A stretch of DNA of 64,000 nt, taken from the NCBI GenBank assembly GCA_951406725.2, contig OX597816.1, positions 175,026,001 through 175,090,000 on the forward strand. Reading direction: 5' to 3'. Below the pieces are notes generated by a model, which saw nothing but the letters and a program-made list of their open reading frames with translations, had not been told where the DNA came from and made no database searches. The translations under genes were made by a program, and so were the position numbers. This DNA is from Octopus vulgaris (Eukaryota). Below are positions 51,155 through 63,928 of this stretch, in pieces; the first letter of the stretch is position 1, and the number at the start of each line of letters is the position of its first letter.

Positions 51155-54120
51155 CAGCCATCCCCTGTATATCATCATCTGAAATCCAGATATAAACTGC
51201 TGTCCTTGAATGCCTGTAGTTTATGTAACAAGGTGCATCTTTTTGTCTCCTACGTCAAAAGTATCAACCCAGATTTCATCACAGTCACGGAAACGTGGGC
51301 ACACTCTGCACTCTGTGATGGAGTTTTCAGCATAGCCGGCTACAACCTGTTCCGCAAAGACCACATTAGTCGCCGTGGAGGGGGTGTGATGATTTATGTT
51401 CGATCAAGTCTATCGGCAATCCCCTGTGATGATTTGAACCAATCTCAGCAGGAGGTATTTTTCTGCAATGTACACATGACCATGTCAACACTTCTGCTCA
51501 GAGTCGTTTACCGTCCTCCAAATTATCGCCAAGACGCACAGCTTTTTGATATCCTCAGGGTGGCTGCCATGAAAACAGCCACATATGTGTATGTTGCAGG
51601 GGACTTCAATTTCCCTGAGATTGACTGGGAGGCCTTCCGTTGGCCGCAAAGTGCAGACGATTTCCTTGAACTGGTGCTGAATTCGAATTGGTCCCAAGTT
51701 GTTACCTCCCCCACAAGGGGTAACAACACTTTGGATCTGCTACTTACTGCTTCTCCTGAAACAATCATTAGTGTCGCTACCGAAGAACCTTTGGGTGACT
51801 CTGATCATTCCATGATCATGGCCGACTTGTCTCTGATTGGTTGTAACAAAAAACACAACCATCTTCAGATTGCCCGCTTTGACTGGAATAAAGCAAACTG
51901 GAGCTCTTATTGTACTGAGCTGCAACGCCCGAACTGGCGCGAATTTTATGCCTCTGGAGATGTGGACACTATACTCCAGAACATTCTGAATTCAATATGG
52001 GCAGCATGTGCAGCATCAGTACCACGCAAGCACAAAAAACCACCCAATAGTGCAATTTGAGAGACTGCAGCAGTCCGACTTGCCAGGAAAGAACGCCATA
52101 ATGCTGAATGGGAATACAAATTGCACAAATCAGAGAGCAACAGGAAAAAGCGCAATAGGTCAGCCAACCACCTCAAGCAGGTGACAAAAAAGGCAGTGCT
52201 TGAATTTGAACAACGCATTGCAGCTAACCCTGACAGGAAAGGGTTCTGGAAGTATGTGCACTCAAAGCAGAGACCCCACTCTCCTGTTGGTCCCCTTCGC
52301 AATCCCCACACAGGACAGATTACTGGCAATCCCGAAGAATGTGCAGAAATCATTGCTGGATGCTATGCCGGCATCTTTACTGTCAAAGACCAAAATGTTC
52401 CATCATCATCACCACTGACATCGGACTCTATATCTTCTATGCAATTTACACCAGCAATGCTGCAACGCCACCTAAAGAATAAACGCAATTATGCCTCTCC
52501 TGGTCTCGATGGTGTTACATACCTACTTCTCAAACGCGGTGGGTACTTTCTTCTAAGCCAACTTTCTCTATTCTTCCAATTCTGTCTTGACAATGGTGTT
52601 ACTCCAGAACAGTGGAAAACTGCCAGTGTCATCCCTCTGTTCAAAAAAGGCAACCGCACATCGCCTGTCAACTATCGCCCCGTCAGTCTTACCAGCTGCA
52701 TCGCCAAACTGATGGAATCCTGTATCAGAGAAACCCTCTGGAACTTCTGGAAGTCTCACAGCCTCATCCAGCCGTCACAATTCGGATTTATTCCTAACTC
52801 CAGCTGCTGTAATCAACTCATCGAGTTTCTTGAGGATGTTACCCAAATCACTGATCGCGGATCCTGGGTGGATGTTGTTTACCTGGACTTTGCTAAGGCT
52901 TTTAACTCTGTGCCACACAAAAGACTTATGGTGAAGCTTTCTGCGTTGGGTGTAAGAGACAAACTCTATAACTGCTTAAAGTCCTTTATTTTCGGCCGAA
53001 AAGAGGTTGTCACAGTTCTAGGACAGCACTCTTCACCCTATGAGATGACATCTGGTGTGCCGCAGGGATCTGTTCTTGGCCCCCTTTTATTTGTTGCATA
53101 TGTTAATGACATAGATGCCAACTTAAAGAATGCCACAGTGCTGAAATATGCAGATGACATCAAGCTGTACCTCGAAATAAAGAGGTCAAATCCTATACAC
53201 TATGGATCTCTATTGCAAGCAGACCTGGACACAATGCAGCAGTGCATCATGGACTGGCAACTCAAGCTGGCTGTGGACAAATGTACCACCATGCATTTTG
53301 GGAGGAGAAACCCAGCGTCCACCTACTCCCTCCACAACACTAGTCTCAAAAAGTCTTCAAGTGAATGTGACCTGGGTGTTATTGTCGACAGTGATTTGCG
53401 TTGGACAAAACACATCGCCAAAATTGTCAAGAAGGCTGAGGGTGTCTTGGCATCACTCACCAAATCCTTTGTGAGCTGCTCCCCGGCTATCTATCTGCGG
53501 CTTTATATAGCTATGGTAAGACCTCACCTGGAATTTGCATCACCGGTCTAGAACCCCTATCTTGCCCAGGACATCAATCGTCTGGAAGCTGTTCAGCGAC
53601 GTGCAACCAAAAGAATACCCTCCATCAGGCATTTGCCATATCCTGAACGCCTTACTTCCCTGGGCATGGACACATTGAAACTCCAACGTCTGGCAGCTGA
53701 CCTGGCAGACACCCATAAAATTAACCATCACACAAACAATAACTCTGAGCACCTCTTCAAACTCCACCCATCTAACACCCGTGGACATATTTACGAAGTA
53801 AGAAAACAGCACAGCTCCCATGACTTCAGGAAACATTTTTTCACACTGAGAGTTGCTGAAGCGTGGAACAAACTGCCGGCATCGGTTGTTAGTTGTCGGA
53901 GCACTGCATCCTTCAAGACTTCCATGCTTCCTGAGATTCGCCAACACTACACCTGATTTTCTCCCCTCCATACACACACAAGCATATATCTGACTCATAC
54001 ATTGTTCGCTTTCCAGACATTTCTACATTACTGCATGTACTCTATATGCACTTTCTGACAAGTTGTGGTGCACCTGAGCACTGTATACAATAATTTCATT
54101 ATTATTATTATTATTATTAT
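51155..54120 (+). mobile_element. CR1-clade LINE ORF2 (endonuclease and RT) inserted in the Gypsy 3' LTR
   Basis: ORFs 51137..52060, 52121..53551 and 53633..53956 are in one frame with two stops; VTETW, VYRPP, GDFN, SDH, YLDFAKAF, GVPQGSVLGP, YADDIKL, RPHLE; (ATT)n tail. Confidence 0.94.
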
Positions 54121-54885
54121 ATACACAATGGAATGATAAACAGAATGGTTGGTGTGTAGAGGCCATGGTCTTCTATGCTTTGCTTCTATCTGCAAACTAC
54201 CCTGTGGTGTAGGAGAGAACCTGTCTAGTTGTGTCCTCACAGCTTGTGTGTCAGTGCAGAAAAGAGGAAGAGATGAGGTCATGTGTCATGATCTCACATT
54301 TTCACACCATCTAGTGAGCTTGTTTTTAATTGCTGTCAAAGGGGAGTAACTGCGCCTACAGACCCCACCCCTGTTAGACTGTAAGCAGTCAACTAATTAG
54401 TGTAGGCGGAGTGTGGACTAGGAGGGTACAGAAGAAGGAACCATGGCAAAACAGTTGTATGAACAATTGAGAAAAAAATACAATGCAAATATATACTAGA
54501 AAAATGTTCAGCAAAGAAAAGTGTGCAATCAAATAGAACAAGTGATATATTTACAATGATACAGAGAGAAAATGTGAATGCAGTGTCTATAGCAGAATAA
54601 GTCTATTCTCCAGAACAGTCACTGGCAAGGCAAAGTTAAGAAATGTAAGAAATGAGGCAATTTCTTCGGCCAATGAACCGATCTGCCAAAGTGTGACCCG
54701 TAAGGTAAAGAACATGTTTGTGTAGTTGGTGTTTTAGTGAATGGAGGTAGGGTGGCAGTGTTTGTGGAATGATAGGTCTGTCAGCAAGTGGCATAAATGT
54801 TTCAGAAACGACATTTTTTACTCTGTCGATAGAGAGAGTCTTTTTGTTCCCATGAATGTCCACAGTGAACACTTTTGGTGTGCTT

Positions 54886-55295
54886 TTAGTTAGTTAGTTA
54901 GTTAATTTGGCTCAAAAGCAAATAGCAAGGCCATGTAGGGGGACATGGAGTTAAGTACAGGGTGGTGTTCATGTAAAGAGTTCAGGCCCCTTGAGGTCAA
55001 GGGAGGCTTTGAACAAAGCGGTCGTCGGCATCTTCACCATCTCGTCTGGCAGCTTGTTCCACGGATCCGCAACCTGGACAGAGAAAGCTCCTCTCCTTCG
55101 ATTGAGATGAAATCGTCGCAGGTAGAGCTTTTCGGAATGACCCCGCAGCCGACGCTCTGAAGCAGGAGTGAAGAACAGCTCTTTCGAGAGGTTACACTTT
55201 CCACTTATGATGTTGTGAGCAAGAATGAGATCACCATGGTGGCGGCGTTTTTCTAGAGAATAAAGGTCGAGCGTCCTCAGCCTTTCTTCGCAATA
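54886..55295 (-). mobile_element. 3' fragment of a second CR1 family nested in the Gypsy integrase
   Basis: EERLRTLDLYSLEKRR..GDLI...LRGHSEKL...WNKLP; (TAAC)n tail. Confidence 0.85.
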
Positions 55296-55911
55296 GAGTC
55301 CAGTGTAGGTAGGTGCGAGCGGTCCCTTGACGGCATTGTTTCTTACAAACACTTAAGTCCAGGGAGAAATATTTGGAGGTACTGCAGAGGAATTAGACTG
55401 ATCGTGAGGAAGCATCGGTGGTAGGTCAGAAAAGTATGACCTGAGTTGCGTGACGTAAGATGTGGGGTTCACATTCGGTAAGTTGACGGACACCAACATT
55501 TGTCCAGGAAGTGCTAAGGTGGTGCCATACAGGAGCTCAGTGGCCTAAATCCTCTTTGATAGCTGAGCGGCACCCCAGCAGAACAACGGGGAGAAACTCA
55601 GACCAATGATGAGGGTCAGGAGCCATATGAATAGTGGCTTTAAGCTGTCAGTGGAATCTTTCTACCATACCGTTCGCGGCGGCATGGTAACTGGTGGTGT
55701 GGATGTGCTGAACTTCAAGCAATCTTGAAAGCTCATGGAACAGACAAGCTTCAAATTGGCATCCACGATCAGTAGTATTTCTAGAGGGTACTCCGAAGTG
55801 AGATATCCACCCAGAGATGAGTGCTCTGGCGACTGTTTCTGCTGAAATATCCATGAGAGGGATAGCTTCAGGCCATCTGGAGAAATGGTTGATGCAGGTC
55901 AATATATAAAT

Positions 55912-56235
55912 GAAGGCGGCGAGCTGGCAGAAACGTTAGCACGTCGGGCGAAATGCGTAGCCGTATTTCGTCTGCCATTACGTTCTGAGTTCAAATTCCG
56001 CCGAGGTCGACTTTACCTTTCATCCTTTCGGGGTCGATAAATTAAGTACCAGTTACGCACTGGGGTCAATGTAATCGACTTAATCCGTTTGGCTGTCTTT
56101 GTTTGTCCCCTCTATGTTTAGCCCCTTGTGGGTAGTAAAAAAAAAATATAAGTAAATCCGCAACATAAATGGCGGTGCCCCAGCATGGCCACAGCTCATT
56201 AGCTGAAACTAGAAAAATCAAAATCAAAATCAAAA
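55912..56235 (+). mobile_element. Meta/MESC-like SINE with an added OK-like 3' module, nested in the Gypsy integrase
   Basis: SINE body to about 56150, then GGCGGTGCCCCAGCATGGCCACAG..CTGAAAC and (AAAATC)n. Confidence 0.82.
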
Positions 56236-59200
56236 CTGACCGATCAGGTCAATGTGTATGTGACAGAACCTGGTGTCTGTGGTGGCTGGAAGTGTTTAAA
56301 AGGTGCTTGGAACGCTGACATGGTAGACAGGCATGTGACCAAGCAGTAATAGTCCGTCGCATATTCGACCAGAAAAAGTGGGCCAAGGTAACAGTGAATG
56401 CAGTGCTTCAAAAACAGCACGACAGTAGCATTTAAGAATAAGGGGTCATGGTGATCCGGTAGAGACATCACAGAGAATGGTTCCTTCAGAAAAGGACAGA
56501 GGCAGGCGTTCAAACTTGCAGCAGGAAAACTGGTGAAGAGATGTCCAGAGAGTCCAAAGAGGATTGGTCAGTAGCCATAGCAACCAAATCAATCGAAGCA
56601 GGCGAGATAAGGCATTGGTAGGAATGTCAGTGCCAGCAATATGGCAAATGTCACTAGTGAACTGTGATATATAGTCCAATTGCTTGGTCCCTTTGGGCAA
56701 TTACCAGTCCATTTTTGCAAAGAGAGTGAACATTAACAGTTTGTGGTCGGTAAGTATCATGAAATCTCTGCCTTCAAGAAGATAAGAGAAATGCTTCACC
56801 GCCAGGTAAACTGCTTAGTTCAGCATTTTTCAGCTGGCATGAGAAGGCTAATGGCTGGCTTTGGCTGTTGACAGATTGCTCTAAAACTACACCTATAGCA
56901 GATGATGACGCATCAACAGTAAGTGATAATTTTGCATCCGGAACAGGACGGGTGAGGAAGGATGCTTGAACAAGGTCAGCTTTGACAGATTCAAAAGCTT
57001 AGACGCCTGTAAGAGACAACATTATTTGGGTGTCTTTCTTCTGCTGATCTTTCAATAGCTGGCTTCCACTTTAGAGGGAAGTAGACAAATACTATCGGCA
57101 TCAATGAGATGTCCCAAGAATTCCAAACTGATAGAACCGAATACACACTTAGCTGGGTTGATCTTCACATCATAGGAATATAGGTGCGGAGTACCACTGG
57201 TGATAAGAAAGTCATCAATGTATGCGAAGACAAAATCTAACCCATGAATGACCTCATCAATAAACCTTTGGAGCATGCTGAACACATTATGAAGTCCAAA
57301 CAGCATAGGCAAGAATTCAAACACTTCAAAAGGTGTGGTGACAGCTGTCTTTGGAATGTCGTCACACATGTACTGAGTCAACCTTAGAAAAAATCTTACA
57401 GCCATGCGGGGTAGATGAAAAATCCTGAACATTAGGGAAAGGATAGCAATCTACAATAGTGACAGTGTCAAGACGTCTAAAATCTTCAACTGGTCAGAAA
57501 TCAGCGTCATTCTTCCTGGCTATGTGTAAAGGTGCTGCCCACGGGCTCATGGAGGCATGAACGATGGAGCATGTGCTCGAATTCAGCCCAGGCAATCCAG
57601 AGTTTCTCTGGAGACAAACAGCATAATCGGGAAAAGACTGGAGGTCCCTTGGTCGTGATGAAATGTCTCATAGAATGGGCTGGATTCAATGGATGAAATG
57701 ACAAATCAGTCAACTCTGGAAAAGAAGTAAGTAACTGCTGGTAAGTGTCACCCAAAGTGGCCACAAAGAAAGAAGGGCTCACAACAGGGACAGAAGAATC
57801 CTTTCTGGCGATGGCAAGTGAAGTTTTGTCATCAATGAGTTGGCATCCTCTAATGCCCACAATGAGAGAATAGTGGTGTAAGAAATCAGCACACAAGAAT
57901 AGGCTGGGTCAGGTCTGCAATGACAAAAATCTGCTTGAAATCCCTACAGAGTGATAAATCCAGGATGAGGTAGATTTATCCATAGGTTTTGATAGAGAAG
58001 TGATTCACCACGTAGAGGCGATGTCCAAAAGATCAGGATTGGTGGAGGTAAACCGTTGCAGCCAAATACTTAAGCTGGCACCTGTATCCACCATAAAGGA
58101 CTTTGAAGAATTGCATCTCAAATAAAGAATGCATGGTAGGGTGAATTGATGGGGGAGATGACTGACGTGTCCAATGCCTCCCTGCCTAGTTTCCCTGCAA
58201 AGAGTGGGAGCAGGGCTGTGTACATTTCTCAGCCTGGTCCTTGAACTTCCTGTGGTACCAGCAGACTGAGGGAGCAGGAAGTGCATGTGTGTATGAGGAG
58301 TGGCACCTGGTCCTCCCTGCAGAATGATGCTTTGAAGACAAATGGTTCCTGTACATGCATGAAACCTGATGGGACAGTTCTGTGATAGCCCGCAAGATTT
58401 CAGAGGATTGCATGTCGTCCAGAGCAGAAATAGAATCTCAAGAGGAAGATGAAGAAGTGACATGTTATCTGCGGACAATGGTGTGCCAGAAAATTCCATA
58501 ATCCTGTCTGCGGAGGCAGCGAGTTGTTCAAGAGCTGTGTGTTCCATCATAGGAGCTAAAATTAACTGAACATTAGAAGACATCCTAGAGAAAAATAATT
58601 GTTTGACAAATGCCTGTCCCTCATATGAGCTATTGGACAACTCTTGGATGCATTGAAAAACTGGGTGGGGTTTTGGTCCCCAAGATGCTCATCCTGCAAG
58701 AGTGCGTGAAATTTACTCTCAACCGAAGGAGAGTTACGCTGGAGAACCTCATCTTCGAAGGTTTTGTAAGTCATATCCGATAGAGTCCCTGTTATCATAT
58801 CTCGCACTGAAAGTGTGAGAGGAGAAGGAATGCCAGTAAGAGCGACGTGGAATTTGCTCTGGGCCGAGCGAATGTTAGAAGAAATAAAGAACAATTCCAG
58901 TTGTGAAAACCACATCTTAGCATCTCCATGATATTGAGGCAAAAGAAAATGACTGATCTTGGACAATAATAGGAACAGAATGGCACGAAGAACAAGTTGG
59001 TTGAAAGAAATGCCATTAGAAATAGGAGTCAAACACCCTAGTTGAAAGAAGACACAATGAGCAGCAAACTAGGAAATTTTTTTTTAGTAGCAGAGGATGA
59101 GAATAAGAGTCCTTGCTAAATGGATAAAGAACAAAACATGGCCAACATGTGGATAATCCAGGTGTTTGAGAGAAAGAAACTCATACCTGGCACATAGGAA

Positions 59201-60748
59201 AAAATTTGCTGTCCATATTAATTCTGGAGAAGATTCCAGATAATTTTTTTTTTCCTTTTTTACAAGTAAGAAGAAAATTCTGGAACGCTGTGTCTCCAAA
59301 GGACTAAGCTATAAATCAGTCACAACCCAGGAAAAAATGATTTGCAGTTTGTCACTTGAAAATGGCACCAATTTTTTCTGGTGAAGGAAACAATATGGCG
59401 ACGAGAAACACCAGTGGTAGTATGTTCCTATATTACGAGTGGCGATTTGGTTGTGTAGCCAAAGTTGCAAAGGAGAAAAAATAATTCGTATTTACTGGTC
59501 TGTATTCACCCGGTGTTCACCATTTTAGAAGTATAGTTCTGTTCTGCTTTGGGTCACCATTATAGTTGGATAGTTGTCCATGTCAGGGTCACCATTTTGG
59601 ATGGAGTAAGTCATTGTTGAGCCACCTAATATGACTCACTCAGAAAGCTGTGATCTCACTTGGTAGTAGACCTGGATGAAGAACATATGAACTAGGTTGT
59701 AACTTTAAAATTTTTTATTGTGGCCACATATATATACACAATAGAATGATAAACAGAATGGTTGGTGTGTAGAAGCCATGGTCTTCAACTACCCTGTGGT
59801 GTAGGAGAGAACCTGTCTAGTTGTGTCCTCACAGCTTGTGTGTCAGTGCAGAAAAGAGGAAGAGATGAGATCATGTGTCAGGATCTCACATTTTCATGCC
59901 ATCTAGTGGGCTTGTTTTTAATCGCTGTCAAAGGGGTGTAACTGCGCCTACACCTTCACTGTCAACTTCTCACTACTATAACATTGCACTTCATGTATGC
60001 ATTGTATAGTACATCAACCTACATTTCAAGCTTTAGTTAAATGGTCAGTAGCTCATCTTGTCACTAATATTTAGCAGGATCCTTGACATAGATACTTTAC
60101 TCTCACTAACTCAGTTTTTGTTAATGTATGTACATGCCACAGGAAGAAATTGCTCACTGCTGTAAGTACTGCAGTCATTGAGTAACAGACCAGTGTTTTA
60201 TTAGCTTACAGTGTTGGGTTAAAATTTTTCAATGTACAAGAAAAAATTGATATTGCCAATGCAAAATTATCTAAGAGACCAAATACATATTTAGTAGTTC
60301 CTCATTGTCAAATTCATATTAACAAGCAATCAGTCAGATCTGAATCACAAACATTTTTTTAAAAATTCAGCTTTAATTTTATGCAAAAATTTATTGTAAA
60401 TTTGAAAAAAACAAAACCCCTCAAAAACATGAAAAACTTGTAAAGTATTTTGTTTCTAAATTGAAATTTACACACGGTTTGAAAATAATTTCATAAAATG
60501 TTTATTAGATATTAACATACTTGAAAATTACAATTATCATTATTGTAAAGATTCAAATCTTTTAATATTTCAAGAATAAACTATTCTCCAGGAGTATGAA
60601 AATTACAGGTGCTCTATTAATCAGTACAGAGGTGAGAATTGTGTGTCTACAATTTCTGATTTAATCACTTGGAGACATATTTCCTTGACACACTATGCAA
60701 AGATGGCATCATTGATTATGATCCAATGACCTAATACATTCCAATATA

Positions 60749-60981
60749 TAATTTTTTTACTACCCACAAGGGGCTAAACATAGAGGGGACAAACAAGGAC
60801 AGACAAAGGGAGTAAGTCGATTACATTGATCCCAGTGCGAAACTGGTACTTAATTTATCGACCCCGAAAGGATGAAAGGTAAAGTCGACCTCGGCGGAAT
60901 TTGAACCCAGAACGTAACGACAGACAAAAAACCGCAAAGCATTTTGCCCGGCGCGCTAACGTTTCTGCCAGCTCGCCGCCT
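60749..60981 (-). mobile_element. Meta/MESC-like SINE
   Basis: 18-bp TSD CTAATACATTCCAATATA (60731-60748, 60982-60999). Confidence 0.9.
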
Positions 60982-61675
60982 CTAATACATTCCAATATAG
61001 TTGACCCTTCCTTCCAACTCAACAATTTTGCCTATATTTTGATGCTGACTTTATATCTTGAGTTAGGATTGTAAAATTGCAGAAATATTTGTTCTAATAA
61101 TCTATAAATAAACTGGTCATCAGACATTTGTAAGTATTTAGAAAAATAAAAATGCAATGGTATTCATGTCAGTCAATTCATCAAATAAACATTTAAAACT
61201 GATTGGGCAGAGAAATTGCATTTCAAAATAATGGGAATCTACATTATTTACATTTGATGGATATTTGTCCTCATCTTGTTTGTTGTTAACACTCGTTTCC
61301 TGAACTGCTATGTTTTGCTGTATAGAAAAGTAGATACTACAAGAAGATAAGTATAAATATTGTTATTGTAATATATCTTTTCTATATCAACAAGCTCAAC
61401 CAAAGTATAGGTAAACTTAACAATTTGAATGTTACCCTCTGTCTTTTGTTATCACTCTCTTGTAAGTGTTTAGAGGACTATGTTCTGGGTTCCCTTCACA
61501 CCCAATTATTTTCCAGCAAACACTGACATACAGACGATCAGGTTGGATACTGACTACATCAATCTCATCAGTCTGTAGGTGCCAACAAATATTGTGGTTA
61601 CTGCTAGCTCTTTCTGATTAACACATAAAGGAAAGAGATATGTGTATGAGTAGATAGAGAATAATTCAATATGAT

Positions 61676-61978
61676 CAGCTCCCATGACTTCAGGAAACAT
61701 TTTTTCATGCTGAGAGTTGCTGAAGTATGGAACAAACTGCCGGCATCAGTTGTTAGTTGTCGGAGCACTGCATCCTTCAAAACTTCCATGCTTCCTGAGA
61801 TTTGCCAACACTACACCTGATTTTCTCCCCTCCATACACACACAGGCATGTATCTGACTCATATATTGTTCGCTTTCCAAACATTTTTACATTACTGCAT
61901 GTACTTTATATGCACTTTCTGACAAGTTGTGGTGCACCTGAGCACTGTATACAATAATTTCATTATTATTATTATTAT
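61676..61978 (+). mobile_element. 5'-truncated copy of the CR1 at 51155-54120
   Basis: Near-identical to 53812-54120, including the (ATT)n tail. Confidence 0.92.
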
Positions 61979-62689
61979 AGAAAGCAATTTCTATTTAAAC
62001 AACATAGATTGAAAATCTCACCATTCATAATTACATACAAAAATATAAACATATAATCACATATAATCTATTTTCCAAAACTTTTATTATTATTTGGACT
62101 CTGTGGAAGAATCCAATGTACTGTGCTTTGTTTTTAAGAATCCGAATCTGTTTGGTCAGTGGCTAGTTTCCATGGTTGTGAAGGAAATAGAGAATTGGCT
62201 GTGAAAAAAGAGAAAATTAAAAAAGAATTCTTTAAATTACAAAATTAATAAAATTTTAAACATTGAATTCATGAAACACAAGAAATATAAATTAAAATAT
62301 TAACTGATGTTTTTTTTTTAGATCCATACCTCTCTTCCCATAAAGTGTTGGAGCATTTTTTGAGGGAAACCTTTTCTAAATGACTTTATCAGTGGATTAC
62401 TTTACCTGTTGGCTTTATCTATATTATTTTTCATTCTGTTAAGACATGTTTGCCCATTGCTTATGCACAGATCATGAACGGTTAAAGTTAACCAATTCTT
62501 CTTTCAGCCTCGCTTTCCTCTACCCTCTATCTTTGCACGTATCAACATTATTCTTTCATTATTCTTCGATTTTTTTCTCATTATATTGTTCTTTCAGTAC
62601 TCTCTCATTATATTATTCTTTCTTTCAGTATTCTCTCATTACTCTGTCTAGCTCAAATATGTTTTTTCGTTTAGTCTTGTCTTCCTGTT

Positions 62690-62854
62690 GCTCCCTAGGC
62701 AAAAAGTTCAAAATTCTTTTTGCTGATGACACTCCATGGACCCTAAGTAAGGCATGTGTAAAATTTGAATGAAATTGGTTGTGTAGTTCTCAAGTTTTAG
62801 GGAAACACACACACAGACAGACAGACACACATTCTCAGTTTTATATATATGAAG

Positions 62855-62885
<31 letters not shown>

Positions 62886-63542
62886 TGTATGTATGTATAT
62901 GAATGCATGTATGTATGTACGTATGCATGCATATATGTGAGATATATGAGATAATAGTTTCACTTTAAAGTCTCAGAATTAATAGTGAAACTATAAAACT
63001 GAAAGTATCTCCCATTACAATAGAGATGTTATTGTTTCACTTTTGACACATGATACTGAAATAGTGTGGAGATAGATTGCTCCAGGACTTGCATTAGGTA
63101 AGAAGTTGAAAATGTTTTTGGCCCATGACACTACATGGATCCTAAGTAAGGCAAGTGTAAGATTTGAATGAAATCAGTTGGGTAGTTCTCAAGTTTTAGG
63201 GATTGACACAGGCAGACTCACAGACAGACACACATTCTCAGTTTTATATGTTAAGATATATATGTATGTATATGTATGTGTATGTGCGTGTGTGTGTGTC
63301 TGTGTTTGTACCCCCACCATTGCTTGACAACTGATGTTGCCGTGTTTACGTCCCTGTAACTTAGCCGTTTGGGAAAACAAACTGATAGAATATGTACTAG
63401 ACTGACAAAGAATATATCCTGGGGTCGATTTCTTTGACTTAAGGCGGTGCACCAGCATGACCACAGTCACATGGCCGAAACAAGTAAAACAATAAAAAAC
63501 TATGTCATTTTAATCCCGAGCAATGCTGGGTATCTCTCCTAG

Positions 63543-63543
<1 letters not shown>
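62690..63543. mobile_element. Cluster of Helitron-like termini and a partial OK-like SINE
   Basis: Two minus-strand 5' ends (TCTT..ATATAAAACTGAGAATGTGTGTCTG at about 62855 and 63256); SINE 3' half 63260-63495; plus-strand hairpin CCCGAGCAATGCTGGG followed by CTAGT. Confidence 0.6.
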
Positions 63544-63578
<35 letters not shown>

Positions 63579-63746
63579 TAAATGAGGGTGAAAAATCGAT
63601 ATTAATTTAATAATACCGTCAATTTAACACCAAGTGGCTTAGCACAAAAAACTATGGAGAAAATACAAATTTATACATAAATTATTAGAGAGTTATCCAC
63701 TATGTGGACAACTCTAGTGGTAAAAATAGCTCCGAAGCAACCACAG

Positions 63747-63928
63747 AAGATCCGTTTCCAACTAGAATCAACACACATCTAACTGAAGGAAAGTGAAATA
63801 CAACGAATAAAATAGATTGACTCTATACAATTGTTTTGAAACAATTGTATAGAGTCAATCTATTTTATTCGTTGTATTTCACTTTCCTTCAGTTAGATGT
63901 GTGTTGATTCTAGTTGGAAACGGATCTT
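63747..63928. repeat. Perfect 182-bp palindrome (90-bp arms, 2-nt spacer)
   Basis: 63747-63836 is the reverse complement of 63839-63928, read by eye. Confidence 0.93.

Larger units (their letters stand above)
51031..59952 (-). mobile_element. Decayed Ty3/Gypsy LTR retrotransposon with both LTRs and nested insertions
   Basis: 5' LTR about 59598-59952 (starts TGTAGGCGCAG on the minus strand); PBS TGGTGACCCTGACA; gag 58562..59032; CWYH..C...C knuckle; protease VDTGAS; RT YIDDFL; RNase H TVDASS; integrase FSRWPEA..TTDRG..NGMVERFH; purine tract GGGGTGGGG; 3' LTR split as 54121-54360 plus 51031-51154. Confidence 0.92.

Noticed and set aside
55895-56252. CAGGTCAAT on both sides of the SINE as a TSD
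   Set aside because: Both copies are explained by separate integrase codons (IDL and ILT) and neither abuts the SINE ends
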